The notes under the pieces were generated by a model. It was given only the letters and a program-made list of their open reading frames with translations. It made no database searches and had not been told where the DNA came from. A program made the position numbers and the translations under genes. Positions 18,998 through 26,651 of a DNA stretch of 26,739 bases are shown piece by piece. Within the stretch, counting starts at the first letter, position 1, and every line of letters begins with the position of its first letter. The stretch comes from Candidatus Izemoplasmatales bacterium (lineage in GTDB: Bacteria > Bacillota_I > Bacilli_A > Izemoplasmatales > Hujiaoplasmataceae): NCBI GenBank assembly GCA_050177605.1, contig JBFXGX010000023.1:1-26739 (forward strand), read 5' to 3'.

Positions 18998-19132
18998 GAA
19001 TTATTTTGTACCACGTTATTGAAAATTAACTTATAGGTGTCATTATACCCACTCCGAATTTATTACTTTCAACATTACATAATTGTGTAATTGATTGAAT
19101 AGGAATTTCATAAAGGTGAAGAAAAAGCATTA

Positions 19133-19249
19133 TTTTCATATAATAAATGATTCTCGTATGCCTAAAAATACAAAACCCCAGCTGAGTTTCAATCTCAACT
19201 AGGGTTTCATTAAAGTTTGATACATGTCTACTTTCTCTTGACAAGTGCA
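19133..19249 (+). mobile_element. Degraded IS3-family 3' end (transposase C-terminus plus right inverted repeat)
   Basis: Plus-strand frame 19133-19213 reads FSYNK*FSYA*KYKTPAEFQSQLGFH*, resembling IS3 OrfB C-termini (YN..R...L.YKTP..F). It is followed by TGTCTACTTTCTCTTGACAAGTGCA (19225-19249), an IS3-like terminal repeat ending in CA. Confidence 0.55.
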
Positions 19250-19335
19250 ACAAGAATTGACCTAAAAAAATTACATTTTTACTGAATCCAATCAGTCAAA
19301 TATATGCCATTATTAATAATGCAATAGAACGACGG

Positions 19336-19842
19336 TTAACCTATCATTTTGATGAAAATTGGTAGTTTTTCATCGGGATCGATTAATTGACTGTTAATAA
19401 ACCCTAATGATTCCCAAAAAGGAAGTCCTGTAACTTCATCTGGAGTCAAATAAATATGGTTAGCCCCATCTTCTCTTAGGACATTTTCGATGTGCTGAAA
19501 AAACTCCCTTCCATAACCAAGCCTTCGTTTATCTTTTGCGATATAGAACCCCATGATATATCCATATCCTTGATCGATGAGTCCCTTGATTCCACCTAAA
19601 TCGATTGCAAAGTTACAAATCCCAATGCATTCGTCGTTACAATACATCAATTCAAAATGCATCGTATCACGCAGTCCCTGAATTCCAATCCTTTTCATCA
19701 AATTGTCAAATACTTAATCTATATTGAACTGTTCGTTTTTGTGCTCTTTCAATTCCGCTGTAAATGGCAACCAAAGAGCCAACGCATCTTGAATATGTTT
19801 CCCGTTTTCCTTTTGAATTTGAATAAAGGTAATTGTATTCAT
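19336..19842 (-). pseudogene. GNAT acetyltransferase interrupted by one in-frame TAA
   Basis: ATG 19842 (RBS GAAGGA) gives MNTITFIQ...EQFNID, then TAA at 19716-19714, then the same frame continues VFDNLMKRIG...FYIAKDKRRLGYGR...FWESLGF. Confidence 0.8.
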
Positions 19843-19906
19843 TCTTCCTTCTTTCATTTTATCAATTATTTCTCTTGTTTTCATAGATTAGATACATGAG
19901 TTTCAC

Positions 19907-21166
19907 TTAGTCTTTCAGTATTCCGAGAGGGATGACATAAACACCATCTTCTCTTTGATAGCCAAGTTCAGTATTTGTAATAATCATTAAAAATGAGGGC
20001 TTTTTGGTTTTATGGATTGAAGCTAGTTTTTTAAGATTTGATGCAGCTTTTTCAACTTCATTCTCACCCAATTTTACTTCAATACCAGCCCATCTTCCAT
20101 CGCTTAACTCAATGATTAAATCTACTTCTAATCCCGATGAATCATTGTAATGATATACCTCACCCTCTAGCGATTGGGCATAGACTCTTACATCTCTAGA
20201 ACATATGGATTCAAAAAAGAATCCAAATGTTTCAAAGTCTTGTTTTAATTTATCGACTGACAAACCAAGAGCTGCTACAGCAATACTTGGATCGACAAAC
20301 TGCTTTTTATCTGATGTTCTTATTGTACTAGCACTTCTAATAGCAGGCGACCAAGCTCTGATGTTTTCAATAATATATAATCTTTGTAGTGCATTTGTGT
20401 AAGATTCATATGTCTTATAATCAATGGAAATACCTTCGTTTTCTTGATCTTTATAAATGGTTTTGCTGGTTGCTACAGTAGATATATTTCTTGCATAACT
20501 GCGTATGAGTTTCCTTATTTTTTCTTTGTCTTTCTTCGTGCCATCTACTTCATCTACATCTCTAGATATGATACTTTCAAGTAACTCTTTTGGCACAGCA
20601 AGTTGTTCTTTTAGTGGCAAATCGAGACTGCCTGGCCACCCACCTCGACATATATATCTTGCGATATCATTAATGCTTGTTTTGGATTTTTTTACACTTA
20701 TCTTTTTGCCTTCAAATAAATCAGCCAATGAGACAGAGCCAATAGAATCTTCGCTTTCATACAAACTCATTGGTCTCATATATATAGAATTTATTCTTCC
20801 AGTTCCTGTGTGAGAAATATTATTATTTTGTTTTTTTGTAGATCCTGTTAGTAAATATGCCCCTTTATATTTATTATCATCGATATCAAGTCTGATTAAA
20901 TCCCAGATTTCAGGTACTTCTTGCCATTCGTCAAATAGAATCGGTTTTTCACCAGAAAGAACTTCGTCTTTGGAAATCGTTGCTAATGTTTGGTATTGCC
21001 TTTTCGTTATTGGATTTTGTAATTTAACAATTGTTTTTGAATACAGTTCAGCAGTTGTTGACTTTCCGGCCCATTTAGGTCCTTCGACGACTACTGCACC
21101 ACTGTATTTCATTTTTCTTTCAATCTCTTTTTCAATAATTCTTTTCTTATAATTAACAGGTTTCAT
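19907..21166 (-). CDS. AAA_14 ATPase with C-terminal DUF4143 domain (second, divergent paralog)
   Basis: Walker A GPKWAGKS, Walker B ILFDEWQ, LTGS, GGWP, DPSIA, GFFFES, and EVDLIIE..DGRW.GIEVKLG. RBS GGAGGT. Confidence 0.9.
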   Translation of the reverse strand: MKPVNYKKRIIEKEIERKMKYSGAVVVEGPKWAGKSTTAELYSKTIVKLQNPITKRQYQTLATISKDEVLSGEKPILFDEWQEVPEIWDLIRLDIDDNKYKGAYLLTGSTKKQNNNISHTGTGRINSIYMRPMSLYESEDSIGSVSLADLFEGKKISVKKSKTSINDIARYICRGGWPGSLDLPLKEQLAVPKELLESIISRDVDEVDGTKKDKEKIRKLIRSYARNISTVATSKTIYKDQENEGISIDYKTYESYTNALQRLYIIENIRAWSPAIRSASTIRTSDKKQFVDPSIAVAALGLSVDKLKQDFETFGFFFESICSRDVRVYAQSLEGEVYHYNDSSGLEVDLIIELSDGRWAGIEVKLGENEVEKAASNLKKLASIHKTKKPSFLMIITNTELGYQREDGVYVIPLGILKD

Positions 21167-21421
21167 AGCAACTACCTCCACATTTAGTATACACCAATTC
21201 CAACAATTGTAAAGCCTATATTCCTATTATTATTGATATTTTATTCCGATTAATATCAGTTAATATTTCATAAAGGTACTCGCTACACGATATAGGCGCT
21301 TAATGTAACCTCAAATCGTGTAGATTTTTCCTGTAATCGTGTAAAAGTTAATTGATTCGCCAAAATTCACCACTTTTTCGATACGTTATTGCTGGCAAAA
21401 TGATATTAAAAAGTCCAAAAT

Positions 21422-21562
21422 GGCCCTAATTAGCGCAAAAAAAAAGGATTGACAAATTGTATTAATCCTATGCTTCTTATATGTTTAACCATACCAATTT
21501 TGATACAAATCAGCACCCTCTTAATTTTTTTTAGCACCTTTGTATCAAAATTTTATCACCCT
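21422..21562. repeat. Intergenic junction element, copy 2
   Basis: GGCCC-taat-TAGCGC-A9, then hairpin (AGGATTGA...TTAATCCT), then ATGCTTcttATATG, then ATTTTgaTACAAAT, then CACC boxes at 21514, 21535 and 21557. Confidence 0.85.
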
Positions 21563-21688
21563 TATTTTTGTAGATCCAAATGTAGAGTTTTAATCTCACT
21601 AACTCTGTTGTGTACACTATCAATTTTGATCCAATTACTTACCACTTATGAAGTTTTAATAACCTTAAGTAGATTAGTACTTCATCTC

Positions 21689-22306
21689 TTATTTTTTATA
21701 ACATACATACCAAATGTCTGCACCATGAAAACCACATGATTCGTATAACCGTTTTGGATTTGTATCATTATGTAATCTCCCTGAAACAGTTGCAAAATCA
21801 GCCTTTATTGATAATCTATACAATAACTCTTCAACAATCATTCTTCCATATCCTTGGCGCTGATACTCAGGTATAACTTGCACCCACTCAATAATTCCTT
21901 CTTTTGTATTCTCATCATATTCTGCTATACCACTTGCAATCATACAACCATCAACAACCACTTTAACCCAAAGTGTTTGATCATAAGTCGGATGATTTCT
22001 CCAACGCTCAACATCCTCAATATTCACAGTAATTCTTTCATTCATGTATGAATGATTAATCTGTAAAACTAAATCTTTCATGTCTTGAGCAATGTTAATG
22101 GAAGAAATGGATTGATGGGATTTCATGGGCTTTTCTAAATGATGTATAAGCCTAAAGTATTTCTCTACATGATTATATAAACCGCCTACTTGATAGTCAC
22201 TTTCATGAAAAATATCTATATTTTGAGGTTGTTTAAATAATAGGTATTTCCAATATGGAATGGATAATTTCGCACATGGATTAACTAAATATTCTTCCTT
22301 TGTCAT
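21689..22306 (-). CDS. GNAT-family N-acetyltransferase
   Basis: C-terminal GNAT motifs IEWVQVIPEYQRQGYGR and LYESCGF. Confidence 0.85.
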   Translation of the reverse strand: MTKEEYLVNPCAKLSIPYWKYLLFKQPQNIDIFHESDYQVGGLYNHVEKYFRLIHHLEKPMKSHQSISSINIAQDMKDLVLQINHSYMNERITVNIEDVERWRNHPTYDQTLWVKVVVDGCMIASGIAEYDENTKEGIIEWVQVIPEYQRQGYGRMIVEELLYRLSIKADFATVSGRLHNDTNPKRLYESCGFHGADIWYVCYKK

Positions 22307-22318
22307 CGTATTCTCTCT

Positions 22319-23251
22319 TTACTCATCACTAATATTGAACATATCAAGTAATTTCTTGTATTTGTCTTGTCCAGACAGACAGGTATCCATAAGATATCCT
22401 TTTTCACTTTTCCACTCTTTTAAACCTCTGTAATAAAAAAGTTTATTACTTTCATCAATCGTGAATGGAACAAATCCGTGACGTAAACATTCTTTAAAAG
22501 CTATTAATCTTCCGACTCTACCATTACCATCTTGAAATGGATGTATGCATTCAAATTGATAATGGAACTCTATGATATCTTCAAAAGAATACTCTTTTTT
22601 ATTCTCATATTTACCTATCAATGATATTAATTCACTTTGAACATTAAGGGGCTTGGTAGTTTCTATACCACCTACTGTATTTGATCTTTGTTTATATTCC
22701 CCAACATTAAACCAATCGAGTTTAGCATCGCTTGTTCCTGTTTTTAAAATTCTATGTAAATCTTTAATTAATGCTTCAGATAATGGTTCTAAAGCAGATT
22801 TAATCATATAGTCAATACATCTAAAATGATTTTGGGTTTCTATAATATCATCAACATTAATTGAATTTTCTTTATCTAATCCAATGGTGTTCGTTTCAAA
22901 AATGTACCTGGTCTGATCAGGTGATAGTTGGCTTCCTTCAATATGGTTTGAATTGTAAGTTAAAAGTATTTGTGTTTCATGATAAATACTCCCTTTAATT
23001 TTGTGGGACATTTCTTCCCTTAATCTTTGATATAAGATGGATGAGTTTTCTACAGTCAGAAATGATACGATATCATTGATACAGACCGATAAGTATTTAC
23101 AGATAGATTCTAATGTCTGAAGTGAAACATATTCGCCTTTTCTAAATTTAGCTTGAGTCGCTGATGAAATGTTCAAATCCTTTGACATTTCTGATATTGA
23201 TATATTTTTATTACTAAGCACATCGAATAATCCTTTATAAATTATTGACAT
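22319..23251 (-). CDS. XRE/Cro-C1 HTH fused to a Fic-domain AMPylase
   Basis: N-terminal HTH (ISSATQAKFRKGEYVSLQTLESICKYL..INDIV), autoinhibitory SNHIEG helix, and canonical Fic motif HPFQDGNGRVGR. RBS GAGGTG. Confidence 0.9.
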   Translation of the reverse strand: MSIIYKGLFDVLSNKNISISEMSKDLNISSATQAKFRKGEYVSLQTLESICKYLSVCINDIVSFLTVENSSILYQRLREEMSHKIKGSIYHETQILLTYNSNHIEGSQLSPDQTRYIFETNTIGLDKENSINVDDIIETQNHFRCIDYMIKSALEPLSEALIKDLHRILKTGTSDAKLDWFNVGEYKQRSNTVGGIETTKPLNVQSELISLIGKYENKKEYSFEDIIEFHYQFECIHPFQDGNGRVGRLIAFKECLRHGFVPFTIDESNKLFYYRGLKEWKSEKGYLMDTCLSGQDKYKKLLDMFNISDE

Positions 23252-23286
23252 TGTAATCACCTCTCACATATATTATAGCACATATA

Positions 23287-23331
23287 TTTAGTTTTATAAA
23301 TATTTTTTTACTATTTCTTTAGTTTTATAAA
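23287..23331. repeat. Direct repeat TTTAGTTTTATAAA x2 (31 bp period) upstream of HTH-Fic; candidate operator
   Basis: Identical 14-mers at 23287-23300 and 23318-23331. Confidence 0.6.
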
Positions 23332-23425
23332 CATAGTATATTACATAATTGTATTTGTACTTGACAAAGGGACTAGTTTATAGAGAACTAAAAACTTCTA
23401 AATCTAGGTTGTTAAAGTCACAAAA

Positions 23426-23566
23426 GGCCTCATTTAGCGCAAAAAAAGCCTGATACTTAATTGTATCAGACTAATGCTTGTTATATGGGTTGAATGAACT
23501 ATTTTGCTACAATTTTACACCCTAAGCAGAAATTTTTACACCCCCACCTTAAAAAATTGCACCTCT
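23426..23566. repeat. Intergenic junction element, copy 3
   Basis: 23435-23492 is identical over 58 bp to 26534-26591. CACC boxes at 23518, 23539 and 23560. Confidence 0.9.
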
Positions 23567-23772
23567 AAATTATAGCTTAGTTTAGAGGTTTTATTTTGCG
23601 AAGTTTTTTAGGTACAGTTTCTTTATGTCAAAATAAGTTATTCAACTATATGGTTGTTGTTGGGTATCGAACCCTTATTATTCAATATTCTCTAAGTATA
23701 CCTTTTCATAAACAACTATCCATTGTTCACTAGATCCATATATTTTTGTTAAAGTTTTTAAAAACTATTCGC

Positions 23773-24471
23773 TTAATCACTAAACTCCAGAGTAAATCTA
23801 TCAAGCAAATTAGTGATCCTTGCATCTATATTGGTAGTATTAGCATTTCCTCTTGTTGATACATATATATAATTTTCTCTTAGCTCTAAAGATATTCCAT
23901 TAGAATATCCTCCATACCACTGAATCTTGTTAATATAGTTGCTATTAATAAATATTATCACATCATCTGCGTATTCATCTAGTTTATTTAGAATATAGTC
24001 TTCAGAGTCTTCTTTTGAAGATTCATAATCAAATTCTACTTCAATATAATCGTTAGCCGAATCAAGTGAATATCTACTAGTAATATTAATACATCCCTCA
24101 AATACTAATATACAATTTATATAATCAATGTCATAATGAGTATCCACTACTGTCTTAATTTGATCCAACAAAGGCATCAAATCATCTAGTTTATCTGCAG
24201 TGAAATCTTCATGAGTGTGATATGTTACATCTAACATGTCTCCACCCCGATCAATTGTATAAGAGAAAATCATATCATCTTGATTATTTAGCAACAATTC
24301 TCTTAAGTCATTAGCCATATCAGATTCTTCTAATCTAACATCATTGTTTAAATAACTACACTGATCCATTTCCATGCAATCATCAATCGAATTGCCAGTT
24401 GGTGTTAATGCACAACTTACTAGTACTGGTATTAAAATCATTATAACCACAAATGTAATTGTTCTTTTCAT
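23773..24471 (-). CDS. Hypothetical acidic lipoprotein
   Basis: MKR, hydrophobic stretch and lipobox LVSC, followed by a very Asp/Glu-rich body. RBS AAGGAG. Confidence 0.72.
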   Translation of the reverse strand: MKRTITFVVIMILIPVLVSCALTPTGNSIDDCMEMDQCSYLNNDVRLEESDMANDLRELLLNNQDDMIFSYTIDRGGDMLDVTYHTHEDFTADKLDDLMPLLDQIKTVVDTHYDIDYINCILVFEGCINITSRYSLDSANDYIEVEFDYESSKEDSEDYILNKLDEYADDVIIFINSNYINKIQWYGGYSNGISLELRENYIYVSTRGNANTTNIDARITNLLDRFTLEFSD

Positions 24472-24542
24472 TATTATCTAACTCCTTGTCATCTCTCATT
24501 ATATCATATCTTAAAATACGCAATAAGCTATCTCGAAACCGC

Positions 24543-25952
24543 TTACTGAACATATAAACTATAAGCTATTGATATATCAGAGGTTGCATTCTTAATATAT
24601 GAAGTGCCTCCCCAACCATTCGCTACAATAAAGTATTGATCTGTTTTATCGTGATAAAGGTTCCCATATAAATCAATTTTATAATACTTCACTTCTTTAT
24701 ATCCATATCCAACTACCATATGAGCTGAATTTGAGTATTCTACAAATTCCTCTGTGAGCAAATGATAATAATATGGTGTGCCATAAATGGTATATAAATC
24801 CGGAACTCCATCTGTGATATCTGTGTAGTTACCGTTATAAAAAGTAAAATCAGCTGAAGTATCTACGCCTAATGAAATTATTACTGGATGTTCATCATCA
24901 ATTTCATCTTTATACATATTCCATTCTGTAGTATCAAGTTCTACTCCAATACCCAGAGAAGTATTGGTTCCACCAATAATGTCTTCATGTTGGAGAGTAT
25001 AATTACTATCACTAAAATAATCTTCCATTGCATCATAAAAATCTGGTGGATATGTCCCCTCGAATGGTCCTAAAGACCCATTTAGTAGATACCAGTTATT
25101 CGTATTCATTGAATCATATAAATCAGTATGTAAATCTCGTAAAATCACTATTTCACTCGCACTTAAATCAGACCAGTTTTTATACGGATATTCATAATGA
25201 TATGAATAAGGTGGAATACCAACCATGACAGTTCTATAGGGCACAAACGAAGGTATTAGATCTGTTCTTAACTTATCCCAAAACATTATTACGGAAACTC
25301 CAGCAGTAGGATTACAATTATTTGTTTGTGTTGTACTACTCTTTACATCCGAAGTGCTCATCATGGGATATCCATTCTCAAATTCAACATTTGATATGAC
25401 GGTTTTTAAGTAATAAGGATACTCCTCTGTACCTGGAGTTGAAGTAGATCCTCCTGATGATAAAACCAGATCTTGGTTCGAATAATATTTTAATACATAA
25501 TCGTAACTATAAATTTGATTAGAACTACAATCTATCAAATTCAATCCATCATACTCGAAATACAAAGAATATGATAAATAAATATTTTTTGCATTTATGG
25601 TTTTAAATGGCGAGTCAACCCCTAGTGATACTTCAGCTACTTCGTGTATCCACTCACCTTCTACTTTAACTTTTCTTACAATTATAAACCCAAAGATATT
25701 CTCACTGATACCAAAAGAATATACATTACCATATGAGTTTAAAAATATATCATATACCTTTTCTTTTTTTACATAAGTGAAATCACTATCTCTTTTTACT
25801 GTCCCGTTACCGTCAAAGACAATAGAGTCGATTTCAGAATAAACAAACGCCTTTTCACTGACATGATACTCGTCATGATGCTTCGCCTCAACAAAAAGTA
25901 TATTTCCACTAGCTAAAACACATAAAACAACTAATACTAAAAACTTTTTCAT
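24543..25952 (-). CDS. Secreted papain-like (C39-like) cysteine peptidase
   Basis: Signal peptide ending VEA. Candidate catalytic residues in NNCNPTAG (Cys), HPVII, AHMVVGYGY (His) and YFIVANGWG (Asn). Confidence 0.7.
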   Translation of the reverse strand: MKKFLVLVVLCVLASGNILFVEAKHHDEYHVSEKAFVYSEIDSIVFDGNGTVKRDSDFTYVKKEKVYDIFLNSYGNVYSFGISENIFGFIIVRKVKVEGEWIHEVAEVSLGVDSPFKTINAKNIYLSYSLYFEYDGLNLIDCSSNQIYSYDYVLKYYSNQDLVLSSGGSTSTPGTEEYPYYLKTVISNVEFENGYPMMSTSDVKSSTTQTNNCNPTAGVSVIMFWDKLRTDLIPSFVPYRTVMVGIPPYSYHYEYPYKNWSDLSASEIVILRDLHTDLYDSMNTNNWYLLNGSLGPFEGTYPPDFYDAMEDYFSDSNYTLQHEDIIGGTNTSLGIGVELDTTEWNMYKDEIDDEHPVIISLGVDTSADFTFYNGNYTDITDGVPDLYTIYGTPYYYHLLTEEFVEYSNSAHMVVGYGYKEVKYYKIDLYGNLYHDKTDQYFIVANGWGGTSYIKNATSDISIAYSLYVQ

Positions 25953-26034
25953 ATCGTTTTCCTTTCAAATATTTTTTGTTGTATTTAATAAAATCTTGAA
26001 TTAAACCTTAATAATCATGTTTAGAAACTTCTTA

Positions 26035-26354
26035 CATGTCAGTTAAATAGATATAATCGATAAACCGTTATGCTTCTTCGATTGTCATATTTAGATCAGG
26101 TGTTTTTGCATTAAGCAATATTTACATTTCATATTACATTTACTTGATGCCTGTAGGCATATATATTGGATTGAATAATTCATTTCGACACATATATTTA
26201 ATTTAGATATCATCATCCAAATGGTTTTTAGAAAAAAGTTTTCAAATCCTTGTTTGTGAGTTTGGGGTAGTCTGGTAATAATATAATTCCATTGATACGA
26301 CTTATAATGTCGCTTTCATAAATAAATATTATCATATGTATTTTCATACGTCAA
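26035..26354 (-). pseudogene. Truncated, frameshifted radical-SAM gene remnant
   Basis: RBS AGGAG plus TTG at 26354. Fragments read ...YICLQASSKCNMKCKYC (CxxxCxxC at 26138-26115), then after a frameshift NAKTPDLNMTIEEA*RFIDYI. Several stops and frameshifts. Confidence 0.7.
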
Positions 26355-26396
26355 TATCGTCTCCTGTTTTTTTTTTTTGAAAGAGCATTTGTCTGT

Positions 26397-26445
26397 AATC
26401 GTGTAAATCCATTTTAAATCGTGTAAACTGAAATGTAATCGTGTA
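26397..26445. repeat. AATCGTGTA x3 at an exact 20 bp period
   Basis: Copies start at 26397, 26417 and 26437. The same 9-mer occurs at 21314 and 21335. Confidence 0.85.
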
Positions 26446-26524
26446 GAAATTATATTGAAATCTCTAAAATCCAGTAAAAACAGTATGCTTTTTAGGTTCG
26501 ATGAATATGAGCAAGTGGCGAAAC

Positions 26525-26651
26525 GGCCCTATATAGCGCAAAAAAAGCCTGATACTTAATTGTATCAGACTAATGCTTGTTATATGGGTTGCATTACCTA
26601 TTTTAATACAAATACGCACGTATAATTAAAGTTGTAAGAAATACAAGGTTA
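26525..26651. repeat. Intergenic junction element, copy 4
   Basis: Left half is identical to copy 3 over 58 bp. Right half is about 90% identical to copy 1 over 70 bp. Confidence 0.9.

Noticed and set aside
19026..19253. 75-aa minus-strand ORF
   Set aside because: Better explained as the antisense shadow of the IS3-like remnant; no RBS or motif.
21449..21739. 96-aa hydrophobic plus-strand ORF (possible small toxin)
   Set aside because: It starts at TTG inside the junction hairpin with no clear RBS and overlaps the GNAT end. The hydrophobicity is explained by T-rich DNA.
3070..25228. Short alternative-frame or antisense ORFs overlapping long genes (e.g. 3070-3312, 5864-6082, 8044-8304, 18574-18957, 19657-19899, 20505-20813, 24888-25228)
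   Set aside because: They overlap well-supported CDSs and have no RBS or recognisable motif.
26540..26600. Known riboswitch (preQ1, fluoride, SAM, T-box) upstream of the terminator hairpin
   Set aside because: None of the conserved aptamer motifs I know can be seen, and the downstream genes are functionally unrelated. An Rfam search would be needed to exclude this fully.
16942..26651. Junction repeats as a CRISPR array, integron attC sites, dif/pdif sites or tRNA-derived att duplications
   Set aside because: Spacing is 2-4.5 kb with whole genes between copies and no cas genes are present. There are no RYYYAAC/GTTRRRY-bounded palindromes at gene ends, no TTATGTTAAAT/TTATGTAAACT-like XerD arm, and no similarity to the tRNA-Leu 3' end.
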